Below, piece after piece: positions 14,130-29,545 of a stretch of 64,000 nt of DNA. Position numbers and translations under genes: made by a program. The DNA comes from Paraspadella gotoi (lineage: Eukaryota; Animalia; Chaetognatha), in NCBI GenBank assembly GCA_051294375.1, contig CM119270.1, positions 5,784,771 through 5,848,770 on the forward strand, given 5' to 3'. Below the pieces are notes generated by a model, which was not told where the DNA came from, ran no database searches, and saw only the letters and a program-made list of their open reading frames with translations. Positions within the stretch are counted from its first letter, which is position 1; each line of letters begins with the position of its first letter.

Positions 14130-15667
14130 TATTTTTGTGTGTTCCGAATATATTCGTTATCTAAACTGAGGAAGAATCACATTTTATAGAAGATTAAAGT
14201 AAATAAAAAGTCAAAGAATTTTAAAGAGGAAAATAGAGACAGAATTATAGAAAAATATTGAAGTTTTAATGCAGATAGTAAAAAGGCAAAAAAAAGTACT
14301 GAAATAATAAATATAAAATGAGATCTGAAACATAAATTGGAAAAATAAAGCCAGAACAAAAATATTGAGAAATTTCAAAAATATTGAAAGACATATAATT
14401 AAAAAAGGAAAGGAAAATAAAGTTAAAAAGTAAAATTAACTTATGTATAGTAGAAAAAAGTAAAAAAGGTCCGTCAGATCATAAAAATTCACAATAAGGT
14501 AAAAATATAGTAAAATAAAGTAAAAATTGTAAAAAAAATAATATTTAGTTGGCCCTTCCGCAGATCAGAGTTGGTCTCTTTGAACGTCATTCGTGACGCA
14601 GACCAAGATTTTTTCTCTTCTTCTTTCGATTAAAAACTAAAAAGCGACAAAAATCGTTCGAAAGAAAAAATGATAAATAAAAAAAAAATAAACAAACAAA
14701 ACGTACTTTGTTAAAATAAATAGAAATCGATTGAAAGGAGTAAGAAATCCCCACGTCATTCGTAAATTTTAGTTAAATTAGTTTTTAGATTAGTTTTCAG
14801 ATTAATTTCTTTTATTTTCTTCTTTTTTTTTTGAGACAGAGAGACAGGGAGAGGCGGGGTTTCGAAATTTACACCCGCGAGTTTTGGTTCCTCGAAGTAA
14901 ACGGGGATTTGAAGAGACGAATTCTGCTCGAAGGGGCGGCGTCTCGCTCTCTGTCTTTCTCTCTCTTTCTTTTTTTATAGGCCTTAGCCGAAGAAGAAGG
15001 ATAAATCAACAATTAACTATTATTGCCGGGGTAGAAAATTTTTAGATCTAGATGAGCAATACAATAATTTAAATATATTTTTTTTCTGTTAAAAAAGAAA
15101 AGAGAACAAAACTCACAAAAAGCGAAACGAAAAAATATGATAAGATAAACAGAAAAGTAAAAGAGAAAAACAGAATAAAAAGAACAAAACTAAAAAAAGT
15201 TTAAACATCCGAGAAAGGAAAAGAAAGCGAGAGGCTTGAAGGCATGGCTTGTAGAAAAAGAAAGAAAATACTTTGGTAAATATTAAAAAAAAAAAGCTGG
15301 GGCGTACAAACTTGTCTTGATAAAGAGAATATAAAAAAAAATGTAATATACCGGAGTCGTAATTTTTTTTTTTCTTCTGAATTTTTCAAAATGAAATACA
15401 CGTGCATGAAGAATAAATTTCTTAGGGTCCGAGTGTCGTTATTCCTCTAAGTCTCCAGTCATGCAAGGCAGATGTCGTATCCTTAATCCGTTGGTTTATC
15501 TATGTTAAAACTTTAAAAAATTATAAAAAAAATAGTTATAAGAAATTTAAGCGTTGATTTTGGACCGAGTCTATTTCATTACTCAAAATTTTTTTTGAAG
15601 AAACTTTTAGTTCTTTAAATTTCAGATTTTAGCGAAAAAATAACAGTAATCGAGCGATCGTTGATAA

Positions 15668-15718
<51 letters not shown>

Positions 15719-15757
15719 AGAGAGGAGAGAGAGAGAGAGAGAGAAGAGAGAGAGAAG

Positions 15758-15807
<50 letters not shown>

Positions 15808-15919
15808 ATAAGAAAAAGATTGGGAAGAAGTAAAAAATTTTAACTGGTTTGGCAAGAAATTTTATTGATTCCAAAATCTTTCAGATAAGTGAAATGTGTT
15901 ATCTTATTTTTTATGCAGT

Positions 15920-15980
<61 letters not shown>

Positions 15981-16334
15981 AGGTTTATTTCACTGTAATT
16001 ATGAAAAAAGCTGTTAGCCATTTAAAAATGATTGTATTGTGAAACGGTTATATAGTTAAATAGTTATTTTAATCACACTAAGCCACCCAGAGTCACAGGA
16101 TCGTACAGCAAACACAGTCAAACAAAATAAAATCAATTGTCCTATACTTTCAGTTTAAAAAAAGTCAAATTGACTTAAATTTAGGTTTAAGTTTATAAAA
16201 TGTGTAGTAATTTTTTTTGTATTTCGGGAGAAGTTGAGATTAGTGCGAAGGAGAAGATCAAACGAATTCAAATGAGACACAAAAAACTCCTTGGTCGAGA
16301 ATTAATGCTTATGCCTGGCGGAAAAGAGGATTGG

Positions 16335-16405
<71 letters not shown>

Positions 16406-16977
16406 AGAGAGAGAGAGAGAGAGAGAGAGATGAGAGCGTAAGTAGGGTGATCTAAGAAAAGAAGTGAAGAAATCACGAATTCAATGAAAAATGTAACGTG
16501 ATAAGTTGTACGTCAGAATTGTAAAAGTATCAAGCTCAAAGATGGCCTTTATTTATGTTATATAAATAGAAGAACCAAACAAAAACTTATATGCATTTGT
16601 TTCGGCATTTTTTGTGTCAAAAACAAACACTAAATTTTACTTCAAATATTTATCAAAGTTTTCTGTCATTTTGTTTTTGTCTCCGCAGCTAACGACTCTC
16701 ACGGAAGTTCTCGTGACTATGAAGAAACAAAACAACGGCAGAAAATAGTTGAGAACGTTTCCAGTTTTCTTTGTCCAAATTTTAATAAAATTTGGACAAA
16801 GAAAACTGGAAATTGAGGCAATAATTCTCATTTCTTTCGGCCGGTCGTGTTTTTATTTTGTAAGAAAAAATTAACCTTAGATTTTCCGAAAGAGAGACTT
16901 CAATATTTTTTTTTAAATCTAACGTAAAAATTTATAAAACATTTAGAAATTAAAGCGAAGAAATTTCCTGTTCGGTT

Positions 16978-16987
16978 TGTCTGTCTG

Positions 16988-17022
<35 letters not shown>

Positions 17023-17023
17023 G

Positions 17024-17065
<42 letters not shown>

Positions 17066-17135
17066 TTTCCTTCTTTCTTTCTTTATTTCTTTTTTTCTTT
17101 CTTTCTTTCTTTTTTTCTTTCTTTCTTTCTTTTTC
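16978..17135. repeat. (TTTC)n microsatellite
   Basis: Tetranucleotide run. Confidence 0.95.
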
Positions 17136-18091
17136 TTTTTTTTTCGTTCTTTCTATTTTGTTTATTGACTTTTTGTCTCCTTGTTTGACGGTCCATTTAA
17201 TGGAAGATAACAAACTTCTTCATAATCACTGGAGGCAAATATTGACGCTCTTGATAAAAAAAAAATTATTCTTGAAGGTTTTCTAATCTTAATACGTATA
17301 ATAGAAAAACAAATTTAAAAATATTGTCAATAAAAATAAACTAAACAACATCATACTTCGTATTCCATTCTTTTTGATTGTTATTGGTTAACGATTAATG
17401 TAATATCACAAAGATATCAGTAAGGATAACAACAACGATATCGATAAGGATAACAACAACCACGTCAAGGAATACGAAATAAAATGAAAACGCCTGAAGA
17501 TAAGAAGAAGACGACGATAACAACGACGACAACCCGACCGGGACAATAACCAGTTCAATAACCAGGACAATAAACAGGACAATAACCAGGACCCCGTGAT
17601 AACCATGAGGTTTTAAGCTTTATGAAGTGGATAATTACAACGAAGACAACGACTTTCTCAAACACCAACAAAATTACGCCAATACAATTCGGATGACAAC
17701 TTCGAGTCAAAAGATCGACGACAAAGAAGACGATGACAACGAAACGGACGACGAAAATTACGTCATTGACAGAGACGAAGAACATAACAAGGAAGACGTC
17801 CTCGATGTCATAACGCCTAAGGGCAAAGATGACACCGACAACGATAACAACGACGTCGATGACGTCGACGACGTTCACCCTTACGCCGTCGTCGTCGTCG
17901 TCGTCGGCCGCTCAGAAAACTAAAAGGGTCGACGCAAAGTCTTCAGTCTTCATCTTTCGATTTCTGCTCGAGGGAAAAATATCCACGAAGATTTTTTTAG
18001 AGGCGTTGTAGCAAGAGTAGATTGTCTCGCTCTCCCTCGGGCGTCTCTCTCTCTCTCTCTCTCTCTNNNNNNNNNNNNNNNNNNNNNNNNN

Positions 18092-18138
<47 letters not shown>

Positions 18139-18986
18139 CTCTCTCTCATTCCGCGTCCTCGCACTCTCGCCAAATTTGGCGCCTCTGGATTCACCGGAAG
18201 TGGCACGCCCTCCAATCACAAACAAGATGGCGACGTCCTTGCCCAAGGAGTAGAGAGAGAGAGTGAAAGAGAGAGAGAGAGAGAGCATCTGGCGAACTTA
18301 CCGTATGGAATCCGAAATTCCGAACTCATTTTTTTCCTTCCGTTCGCCACAATCAGTTTATCCAGGTTTTCACTGTTCACACCCTTTCACCCTTCAATTC
18401 ACGCTTGGCCAATGACCACTCCTAATTCAAAGTCTCAATCAGTGAAACGAATTTAATCTTCATTCCGCCGGATCTTTCTTTCCTTTCCGCCTCCCCAACA
18501 AAAAAAAGAGCTACAATTGTTTTCTCTTTTTTTGCTTGATTTTTGTCACAAATAAATTTTTGAAAGACTTTTCTAAATATACGTGTATTATTTATCATAA
18601 TACTTATATGTTGTGTCGTTAGTTTTAAAACGGCATATCCCGTTGTGCAGTGAAGAAAGTGTTGCAAAAACGGATTAGATCACAACGAGTAGGATTACAT
18701 TCACCATTTTGAATAATTTCGCAGTAAAATTAACTAGAATTATTGCAAAAAACTATGAATAAATTGTGTAATATATTTAAAAGGGCAACCGCGGACTATT
18801 GGCAACCAGCGAATTATTATTATTATTTTTTTTTTTATGATCAGCGCAATAAATCGCGGGCAACGACCTGACCAAGTTCGCACCTACCGTAACTTACCTA
18901 ATCTCTCAATCTTGTTTTTTGCTCGGGCCAATGAGAACAAATGACTTTTCAAGTCTTTTTTTCTGTCTGGGGGCATAGAGGGAAGC

Positions 18987-19051
<65 letters not shown>

Positions 19052-20967
19052 GAGAGAGAGAGAGAGAGAGGAGAGAACAAAATGACTTTTCAAGACTTTT
19101 TTCTGTCTGGGGGCATAGAGGGGAAGCAGAGAGAAGAGAGAGAGAGAGAGAGAGAAGAGAGAGAGAGAAGAGAGAGAGAAGAGAGAGAGAGAGAGCGAGA
19201 GAGAGACGACAAGCTGGTCACCAAAAGTCGTCGCGATGTTAACGACGACGACGAAGATGACGACGACGACGACGACATCAAGGAAAGATTAACGCCTTTA
19301 ATCACGTGACAGGCCGATTACGCGATCCCATTGGTTCGGAAAACGAGAGTCCAACCAGCGGATCACGTGATCGGAATCGCCCCGCGGCCCCGCGAAAAAA
19401 ACAAAGGAGCATCTGCGGTTGGGAGACGAAATCGACTCAATAAAAACGAGAATGAAAAAAGTGAAGAGAAAGGGAGGCCAGTTTTAGGGGGAGAGTCACC
19501 TCAATAAATCCATATATGAGTATGATTGAATATCAAATAAATTAATAGAACCTATGCGTCAAAGGAACGAATAATTTAATGATTGGTTTATTTTATTAAT
19601 CAATCAATTACTCAATCGATCGACCTAAATCAATTAATCGATCAAATATGCATATTGAATGAATGGTTTTACATGTACAAATATACATTTATAAAGCGTA
19701 AAAGCAAGCTAATAACTAATAACTAATAACTACCCATTCCTTAAGCCCTTCTCCCATCAGCCCCAGTTTCTTCTACTCTCCCATCACCCCATTCTCTCTC
19801 CCTCTCTCCCTTCACCCCTCTCTCCTTCTCTCCCTCTCATTTCCTTCTCCTTTTTCTCTTCTTCTTTTTCTTTTTTTTTTCCCACTGAAAAAAACTTCCG
19901 TTTCTCGTCCTCGAACTAAAAAATCAACGAAGTTTTCGGCGCAAAAAAAATTGCGATTGGCGTCGTTTTCGTTGTTGTCGTCGTCGTCGTCGTCGTTGCT
20001 TCTTCTTAGATGCGGTTACCACAATTTTCGTTCTCGTCTTCATCTGATCATCATCTCAACATCTTCGTCGTCTTCATATATCCAGAGGCCATTGTCGTCA
20101 TCGTCATCGTCGGACGGTTGCATTTTACAAATTATGAAATGACAGCATCTTTTATTTCAATGATAGGTTTCTGTCAAAAATTGAAATATTGCTCTTCGTC
20201 TTTGTCATAGCTTTCGAGTCATAGTTTTTGTCGTATTCGTTGACATTGTCCTCTTCGTTTTGTCATTGTTTTGTCGTATTCGTTGACATGCCCGCTTCGT
20301 CTTTGTCATTGTTTTCTCGTCATTTTCTTACCAAACTCATCGGCCTCATCGAAGTCGCCATCTTGCTTACCTCTCTCGCTCAATCCGTCGTCGTCGCGTC
20401 GCGGCCTGCCTGCCGCGGACAAGACGGAGGATATAAAAGGCGAGTCGCTCGCCTTTTTCCGTTCGCGTCGCAGTCAGCGTTGATCTCAGCGTTGATTCGT
20501 CAGCGTTGATCGTCGGCGTTGATCGTCAGCGTTTGATCGTCAGCGTTATAATTTCGTTGCTGTCTTTAATCTAGTTTCACATAAACCGACCAAATTTTAA
20601 TACGAGTCTGTGACCTTTAACGAAGTCTCGGTGTAAGATTTTCTTCACCTTAAACGAAATTCTTTTTTTGTTATTGATCGATTTGTATCACTTAAATCGG
20701 AGCGATATGAAATATATAATCAAATCTTGAGTTTACTACTTTATGCTAGAGGTAGAAAATGAATTGTTTGTTAACATACAACGACTTTATATTATAAAAA
20801 GTCGTTGTATTCAACCTCAAACAAATAACTCAACGAAACGAAAAGAAAACAAACAATGTCTACTTAATACTAGTGCTTTTCTAAATTATCAAGTTTTCGA
20901 TTCTCTTCCGTGAATTTAATTTTTTTTATTGATTTTTTTTATTTTTCATTCGAAAACGAAAGAACAA

Positions 20968-23900
20968 ATGACGCCAATGACACGAAAAATGGCGACGCCC
21001 GTTCGCGGCGCCACGCCCCTGAAAAGCGCGCCAGAAACGCCGGTTTTCCTGGCGCCGTTTTATATTCTCTTCTCGCGATGGACAGCGACGGCGCCTCGGG
21101 TCACGCTGCAGGTAAGGTCCATGAAAAAAGTATCAAATAATCGAGATTCTGTTAATTGAAATTGATTATAGTCAGAATGGTGAAGAGGTAAAGGTCGTCA
21201 ATGGTCAGCGGGTGAGTTAAAAAAGATTTAGTTCTTTTCGATCTTTAAACTAAAGAAATTTGGTTCAGCGCTGCAGAATTACGTGACAATCTAAACATTT
21301 ACTTAAAAAGTGCTCTTTGCGTGTAATAACTCGTGATTTCAATATCTATTCTTCAGTGCTCTCTATACGTTAATAAACTATCAACATAGATATATCAATA
21401 GCCTAAAAATCAAATTTTGTTAAAATTTCTTTTAGGATCAAGAAATTCTCCAGGCTTCCAACCGAAAATCGATCCAGAACCCAAAAGCATCCACAGCTGC
21501 GGAGAGAACCGTCGCCAGAATCAGGCATCTCAAAGAGCTGCAGCATCAAGAGTTGCCAGCATCAACTGCGGAATCAACATTTATCGCAGCTACACCCTAA
21601 ACGCCAGCTAGATTCGCTTGGGAGGAGGCTACCTTGGGAACAGAAGAGGCAGCTTGACAGTTTAGGTGGTGGCTACTTGGGAGAGCAGAAAAGGCAGTTG
21701 GACAGCCTTGGAGGAGGCTACTTGGGGAACAGAAACGACAGCTGGATAGCCTCGGTGAGGAATATCTGGGCGAGCAGAAGAGGCAGCTGGATAGTTTAGG
21801 AGGAGGATATTTGGGTCAGCATAAGAGGCAACTGGACAGCCCGGGTGGAGGCTACTTGGGTATGCAAAAGCGTCAACTTGACAGTCTGGGGGAGGATACT
21901 TGGGAGCAAAAGCGTCAGTCTTGACAGTTTGGGAGGCGGTTATTCTTGGCGAACAGAAGCGTCAATTAGACAGTTTGGGGAGGATATACACTTGGCGAGC
22001 AAAAACGCCAACTTGATAGTCTGGAGGGGGCTATCTGGGTGACCACATGCAAAAACGACAGCTGGACAGTCTGGGTGGAGGGTATTTGGGAGAGCAGAGA
22101 GAACAGCTGGATAGCATGGGTGGAGCATTGCTTGGAGGAGAACAGTCTAAAAGACAGTTGGACAGCTTGGAGGAGGCTACTTGGGAGGAGTCAGCATAAA
22201 CGTCAAAGGCGCGATTTATCGAGTCGACGAAACAGCAATTGGATTCTCTGGGAGGGCGGAGTCTTGGGGAGTGTTGAAGAGGGCGCTCAAAGGTGAGTTC
22301 GTAAGTTCTTAATCCATCCATACGAACATATATGTTTGACTGGGTTTAACCAATACGAAAATATTTCATCACAAATATGCTATTTTGTCTTCTGACTTTG
22401 AACAGCCTATGCAGATAGTACAAGGCCTCCAACCCTCTTAGAAGGTTATAAAATAAAGTATAATAAAATTGAAATTGACAATACTTTTTTTACTAATTCT
22501 TTCAGATTCAAACAGACCCAAGCGCCAGTTGGACTCCCTCGGAGGTGGCGTCTTAGGCGATGAGATGGAAAAAGCGCCAACTGGACTCCCTTAGGTTAAA
22601 AATCACAATCATAAAAAAGACACCATGTCAGTTATGATATTTAAATAATGACATTTAGGTGGCGGAGTCCTTGGTGAAGAATACAAACGAGCTGTGAAGC
22701 GACAACTCGACAGTTTGGGCGGCGGAGTTTTGGGAGAAGAGTACAAGCGGTCGCCTTCATCAGGTACAATCAATTGATGATGGCTGATGATATTATTATA
22801 TTGCTTAATATTGTAAAAACGATATTACTTATGATTTTTGATTCATAAATTAGAGATTTTTATGTATTTTTTATTTTCTTTTAAAAAAAAAATGAATGCG
22901 ACCATCTCTTCGGCTGTAGTTGGTATTCTCTCGACTAAAGATAAGAGAGAAACGATAAATGAGAAACTTAGTGATCAGTGAATCTATTAAAATCGAATCA
23001 GAGGAAAGTAAACTCGGTGAAGATGATAAAATCAATGAAAACCGTTCCTACGAGGAGTTTTATAGGGAAAACGAATCCAGCGTTTTAGCAAACCTTCCTC
23101 AAAGTTCCGAAAAAGAAAATCGCGAAGCGAAAAATCGGTTTTTGATCGGGTGGATGAAAAAAAATGGAAATGGTGTGCCGATAATGTATTACGATTTTCG
23201 ATCGGAAACCGTCAAAGAAACTTTCATATTTGGAGCCAATGAATCGTACGAAGAACGAGATTAGGAATCATGAAATATCTAATACGAATTCGGGAACGAC
23301 GATAACAACGGAGATGTCAAGGTTTAATTTCTAAAATTGGCAAGTCGACGCAATTTCCTGCTGATGGATATAATTTAGTGAAGAATGACACGACTAAAGC
23401 AAATAGGGATACCTTTGGAATTGAGACAAGCAATCGCAATGACTTTCTCAGCTTACCTCGGAAAGGAGAGTAGAAAGTAGAAGCTATGATGATACATTAA
23501 AAACATTCCTCAGAAGAGCTTATCAGTCTTTAAATGGAGAGCAACACCGGAAGAAAAAAGAAGTTAAAAGAGGTTTCGATGCCATAAGCGCTCCGTTGGA
23601 GACGGATGAAAATATGAACGAGCAGCCAATTTACGATCGCGACAGACGTGGATTGACGAAGCGTAACAAAACCTTTTGGATCAAATGATGCGATGATGAA
23701 AATATTGAACGACCAAATGAAATTGTTGACGATGATAAAGATATAGACGCGTCCCGCTAGCAAAAACGACTCTCAGGGATCAATGGGTCGTCAATTTGAC
23801 GAATTCGAGAAGACCGAGTTTGACACATCAGTGATCTTGTGTAGAGAATTTTTAATTTTTAACGAAAGGTTGGATCACGAACGCAATAGAAACGAGATAA

Positions 23901-24141
23901 GAGGCGAAATGAATTTTGATTTAGATTTAGACGGAAGCCAATTAAGAAAGCTTGATGTCATTTCCCTCAGTCGCAAACTTTTCCCGCCAAAAAATCTTGC
24001 GCGAACCCAAAATGCATCAGAAATTTTATGTTACGGCAAACGAGTCTTTTTTTCGACTGCGTCACAAGAGCAATGATGAGATTGGCGTCAGATTTGAGGA
24101 AATCCACTAATCAAATCTTGGCGCCAGAATCTAACTCGTAG
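20968..24141 (+). pseudogene. Frameshift-riddled second copy of the neuropeptide gene (probably a low-quality read copy, not a true paralog)
   Basis: Collinear with 33071-36239 including introns. Differences are mostly 1-nt indels in short homopolymers. Confidence 0.8.
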
Positions 24142-27100
24142 AAAAGGCAATACGATTAAGGAAACGAATCTGTTTGGCGAGAAAAATGAAACGATGCAAT
24201 CGTGTTTTCTAGGTTGAGTATAGATGCTATTTTTTTTGGGGACTTCTTAATAATTTTTAAGGGGATAGAGATAAAGATATTTTTAAAATATAATTCAGTA
24301 ACCAGGTAACTTTTTACATGAATATTAAACACTCAATAGTTGTATCGGTTGATGTTGTAAATAATATACAATAACAATAAATTTTTAAACGAGTACCTTG
24401 TTGACCAATTAACACTTTGTTTCGATTAATTTCTAAACACATAAAACTAACTTAAATGTTTATGGTACAATGCTAGATCAAATTTACTAAATAATTTTAA
24501 AACACATTGAGTTTCTCATTTTGTCTATTTAAACTCCTCTGCAGGTTCGGTAGATGACGCTTGAAGCATTTGTTTCACGCTCTGGCTTCGCACTTACAAA
24601 AAATCCGATAAGGAAATTTCTGGAAATGAATCCTGGACTTGTGTCTAAAGCCTGAAGCCGAAAGGCTAACGGCTGACGTTAACCTCGGGGCTTTCGACTT
24701 GTGACTTATCGAGTCTAAACCTATTTGGAAATGATACGGAAAACACTGAACAAATTCTGACTTGTAAATCCAGCGTAAATTTGTTAAAATAAGAGGTAAG
24801 GATAGTAATGATTTATTTATATTACTGTAATAAATGATTTATTCTCAACAGTTTCTTCTCATTTTAAAAAAAATTAGCTGGATTTAAATTCTCATCACTG
24901 TTAAAGATTAATTTGGTCCCAATAAATTTTTTTTTTCATCACAGTTTATAACAAAAACATGATTATAATTTATTTTTATGCAAAAAAATTAAGTAAGAAC
25001 TTTTTCAATCTCTACTTAAAGCGGTAAATGCTTGTATTGTATGATTGTACTGTTACTGCTGTAATGTATAATGGACCTATACGATGCTTTTGCGCCAAAT
25101 TCCATGATTTTAATATACTTGAAAAAAACAATGCAGACACGAATGCACCTTCATATAATCCGAATATCGTTTGTCGTACTTGCCAAATTATATTTTTTTT
25201 TAAACAAAAATTTGTCTTGTGAAGAGGTCGTTTTTGGAAATTAACGTTCAACGCCGTTAATAAGTTTGAATTCTTTAATCTGTAACTATAATATTGATAT
25301 CTTCAATTAATTTGGGTGTATCATTTGATGACATATGCGGTTGACAATTCTTTGCTCAATGCTACCTTAAGTACAACTTGTGGCAACGTTGATATATGAT
25401 CCTACTTTGGCTCTGAAATAAACCGACCCGTCGCCTAATTGATATTAAATATATAAAAATTAAAAACTTTTGCCATAGTTAACTGTATATAACTTCTAAG
25501 TTCTTTTTTTATGGACTCAATAGCTTCTGCGTTTGAAATAACCTTTGATTTTTCTGGAACAACAAAATTGCGAATAATTTTGTTCACCACTTTTTTGGTT
25601 GTATTTTTCAATTGTGAGTGAAAAAAAAAGAAACGCCATGACATTTTAATTTGTGATAGAAAGCTAAGGTAATTGTAACCACCATTCCTTTTATAGTAGA
25701 AAATAATAAAATTTTCGAATGATCAAACGGTGGGACGAATATTGGCAACAATGCCATCCATCAGATAAGTTTTACATCAAAATTGGGGACAAAAACATAA
25801 GTTAGATTTAAAATCCCTCATCTTAAAACAATAAACAGATATCAAAGCCAAATTAAAAAATGTATGTTGAGAAACTGCTTCAGATATAAAAATAAATTAC
25901 AACGCAAACATTCACATATTTTTGAAAGTAAATTTAACAATTGTCTGGGTCAAACACAAGAATTGGGCAAATAATTTTTTTTTTTCACAAATCTCAGAAG
26001 AAAGTTATGAAAAATAAATGAAGATGCGTCAAACGAGATTTGCGTAAACGAACAGAGAAATCACCTCAAAATTAAAAACAAAATTGAATACTTTGTGGTT
26101 GGAGGGTTAGGAAATAAAAAGGGGAAAGTAACATCAAGCCAAAAATGAACACGCTGTATTAAAAAAAAAGCGTTGTGGTCGGTTAAGGGGAGATCTTGTA
26201 TTGTAATAAATAAAAGAATGAAAAATGGAGATCTTGTAATTTTATTAAAAATATTTAATTTCACGTTATTAAAGGAAGCAAGAATTAATTTTGTTCATTT
26301 GTTTTTGTATCAAAACATAACAAGGCAACGTAGGCAAATTTTGATTTAAAATTTCTTTTGTTTAAAAAATTATCGGGGGAAAAAATTGTGATGACCAACT
26401 GAATGTATCCAGTAAAGACCTTGAGTCAAAAATCGTTTATAATTAGCACGAGAAACGAACGCAGAATGATTCAAATCCCATACTGAAAATACTCAGTTCT
26501 TAAAGATGCACAGTTAGTATTCTTTTTACAATAGGAATGAGAAGTATGAATAAATTACCAATTTGAATTTTTGATGCTAGATGTGTTATCAATGATCATC
26601 CAAAAAAAATTTTTTAAATTAATAAATGGCCGAAAAGGCTTCCAAAATAAAAAAATGTCACTGCTCCTTAGCTAAAATATATTAAAAAAACAACCAGCAA
26701 AAAAATCATATCTTTCAAAAGTTGTAATAAGCTAAAAACAAAAAAATAAAACATCTGAACAAGAGGTATGGTGACCTTAAGTAAAAAACAGATAAAAAAA
26801 TAATAATTAAAGGTGATAAAATGCCAAAGAAACCTTGAAGTCTGATGATCGCGATCGTTACCTAAGATGGAGGAACCACTACTACCTTGTCAATTAAACG
26901 TATACCTAAATTGTAAACCGACATAAATACAATCGGTAGTCATTTTCGGACGTTTTCCGTATTCTTTCAACGGCAGCTGGGAAATGAGGGTGATAAAAAA
27001 AGGGACATTCGAGATCAGAGTCAAACTTGCTACGGTTCTTCTTTGCTTTTTTCATGTGCGTTGTGGATTAAATCATCGAATTACGAAACAATTTTTTTTG

Positions 27101-27669
27101 TACAATGGTTCTATCGTCGTACACTGGCGATTAAAAAAAAAGATTATTATTTTTATCTATGATTTGACGTAATATCAAATAATGGTTGAAAACCTATTTC
27201 TTCATTTACCAAAAGTTGAGCCCGAGCGTTCGAGCGCTCTCTTTAAAAACTAAGGCAAATTTATTTTTTTTTATTCTCTTTGAATCCAATCATCGTCATT
27301 TTTATATTTTTTTTTCGTTAAGGACGGAAACGTCTTTTTGATAGAAGGCGCGCTCGTTCTGGTTGTATCGTGTTCTTCCTCAAAAACGCGTATTTCTTCC
27401 CGCCCTTTTTTCGAGCTGCCGATTTTGGTCGAGAGAGAGAGTGGCGATCGGAGAAAGATCTGTGAGATAAACAAAAGAAACAATCCAGCATTGAATAAAA
27501 CAACTCATTCTCTGTCCGTTATGCCAGGGAAAGATGTACTCTGAAAATACTAAGCAACGCATTGGAAATTAAATTCGGTTAATTATAAGTTAAACATTTC
27601 ATTACTTGTATTGCTAGTGATAATGGGGAAATTATTTTACCTCTTCATCAGAATTTGAGGCAATATCTT

Positions 27670-27892
27670 TTATCCTTCTTCTTCGTCAGGCATTTTCTCT
27701 TCGCAGCTCTCAAGCTCCTCTCCTGTTAAATTGACGTAAGCTTTGATATATATTTTATATTATTAAATTATATACAATTTATATTGTTACAAGTTGTCTT
27801 TCAAAACCACAAGTTTCTCTCTTGTAAGATTAAAAGGAGGAAGAGAAAAATAATATAAAAGTTTAGATGCAAAAGGAACATTTGGATTATAA

Positions 27893-27927
<35 letters not shown>

Positions 27928-28116
27928 CTCATTCTTCTCTCTCTCTCCCTCTCTCTCTCTGACCTTTATTCTCAAGCAGCATGAGCGCTCCGGCTGAGAA
28001 GCAGCACCGCAGCAGACCCCAAGCGAGACCGTAGCCCAAACCCAGGGTGAGATGCTCCCGCCGTTCTCTGAAATACTTGACCGGGAAGGGATGTTGGTTA
28101 GGATGATTGGCGAAAA
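27670..28116 (-). pseudogene. Noisy duplicate of TMEM47-like exons 4-5 in their uninterrupted order
   Basis: Exon 4 at 27964-28116 and exon 5 at 27670-27722, with indels. Shows the native continuity GGCGGGAGCATCTCACC across the inversion breakpoint. Confidence 0.75.
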
Positions 28117-28909
28117 CTGAGAAAAAGGGGTAAAGGAGGGAAACTAAATAAGTTTAATGTAAAATTTGGTTTTTGTTTATTGAAGCCTGGAAGAATTATG
28201 ACGCAATGGCAAGCTAAAAGCTGGAAAGAGAGTTCCACCGAGGCGAAAATAATATTATGATTTAGCCCATCTGAAATATTTTTTTTAATTCCCTGGAGTC
28301 TTTACAGAATTATCCTAAAAAATTCTATTGCAAATTGTACAGGCTATCGAGATACAGTAAAAATTACAGTGAATAATTTAAAAATCCCATTACCATAAAT
28401 ATTATTGGAACTAAACTTTGCCATTGGTAAAAAGTCATTTCGATCAATTTTTGTCAATTTTCTGAGTTTCTGGCTGGGATTCGTTTCACATTCTATCTTT
28501 TTTCACTTTGAAAAGGTACTTTTTTTCAAATTCATTTTTTTTGCTAAAAAAAAATAAGTCTTTTCTTAATAACCTTTTGAATCAGAATAACCACATATAG
28601 TTATAAGCGGTTTAAACCTGAAAGAAAAATTATATATTAGTCTATATTTTTTAAAAGATTATTCTTTTACTGCAATTATGAAATAGATTATTGCATTTTT
28701 AGCCTTTTGTTTATACGGAGCATTTGGAAAACTTTTTAAGAAATCTAACGCATGAGTATGGTGAGTATGTATAAAGCGATATTAATTTTTGATGGACTCG
28801 TTAGGAGTGGAAAAGAGTTCAAATTAGAAAAACCAAAAAATACATGTATTGATTTTTTTAAAGTTTCTTTCCAATCTCTCTCTGATTGAGTGATTGATTG
28901 ATAATTGAA

Positions 28910-29545
28910 TGACCAAATTATGCCATATATGATAGAATATACAGTTGCAAATTTCTGCTAGTTACCAAATCTATGCCAAGTTGACCCAAATTATGCCAGT
29001 TGACAAATATATGCACGCTGACCCAACATTATGCCAGCTGACTAAATTTCTGCAAGTTGACCAAAATTATGCCTGAATTATGCATTTAAATTATGCCATG
29101 ACTATTATGCCAAATATGCGTATAAATTGCATTGCCATGGTTGACCAAATCATTGTTTAATTTGACAATATTAGTCAGTTGACCAATTAAGTCAGTTGAA
29201 CAAATTAGTCGTTAATCAAATTAATGGTCAGTTAAAAGGAATTAAGGTCAGTTGACCAAATTATGTTAGTTAGCAAATTATGTCAGTTTGACCAAATATA
29301 TGTCATTTACCAAATTAAGTAGTTGCCAGACAAATTATGTCAGTTGACCAAATTATGTGCAGTTGAACAAATTATGTCAGTTTAACCAAATTATGTCAGT
29401 TAAACAAGGATATGTCAGTTGACTAAATTATTTCAGGTTGACCAAATTATGTTCAGTTGACCTAAATTTTGTCAGTGACCAAATTTTATGGCCACTGACA
29501 AAATATGTCAGTTGACCCAAAATTAAGCCAATTGACAAAATTTAT
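28910..29545. repeat. ~18-bp minisatellite (CAGTTGACCAAATTATGT)n
   Basis: Many degenerate tandem copies, cleanest at 29330-29520. Confidence 0.9.

Noticed and set aside
17400-17925. D/N-rich ORF 17627..17923 with nearby 12-bp repeats
   Set aside because: Composition matches the genome-wide (GAC/AAC)n low-complexity tracts, and there is no ATG start or convincing splice signals.
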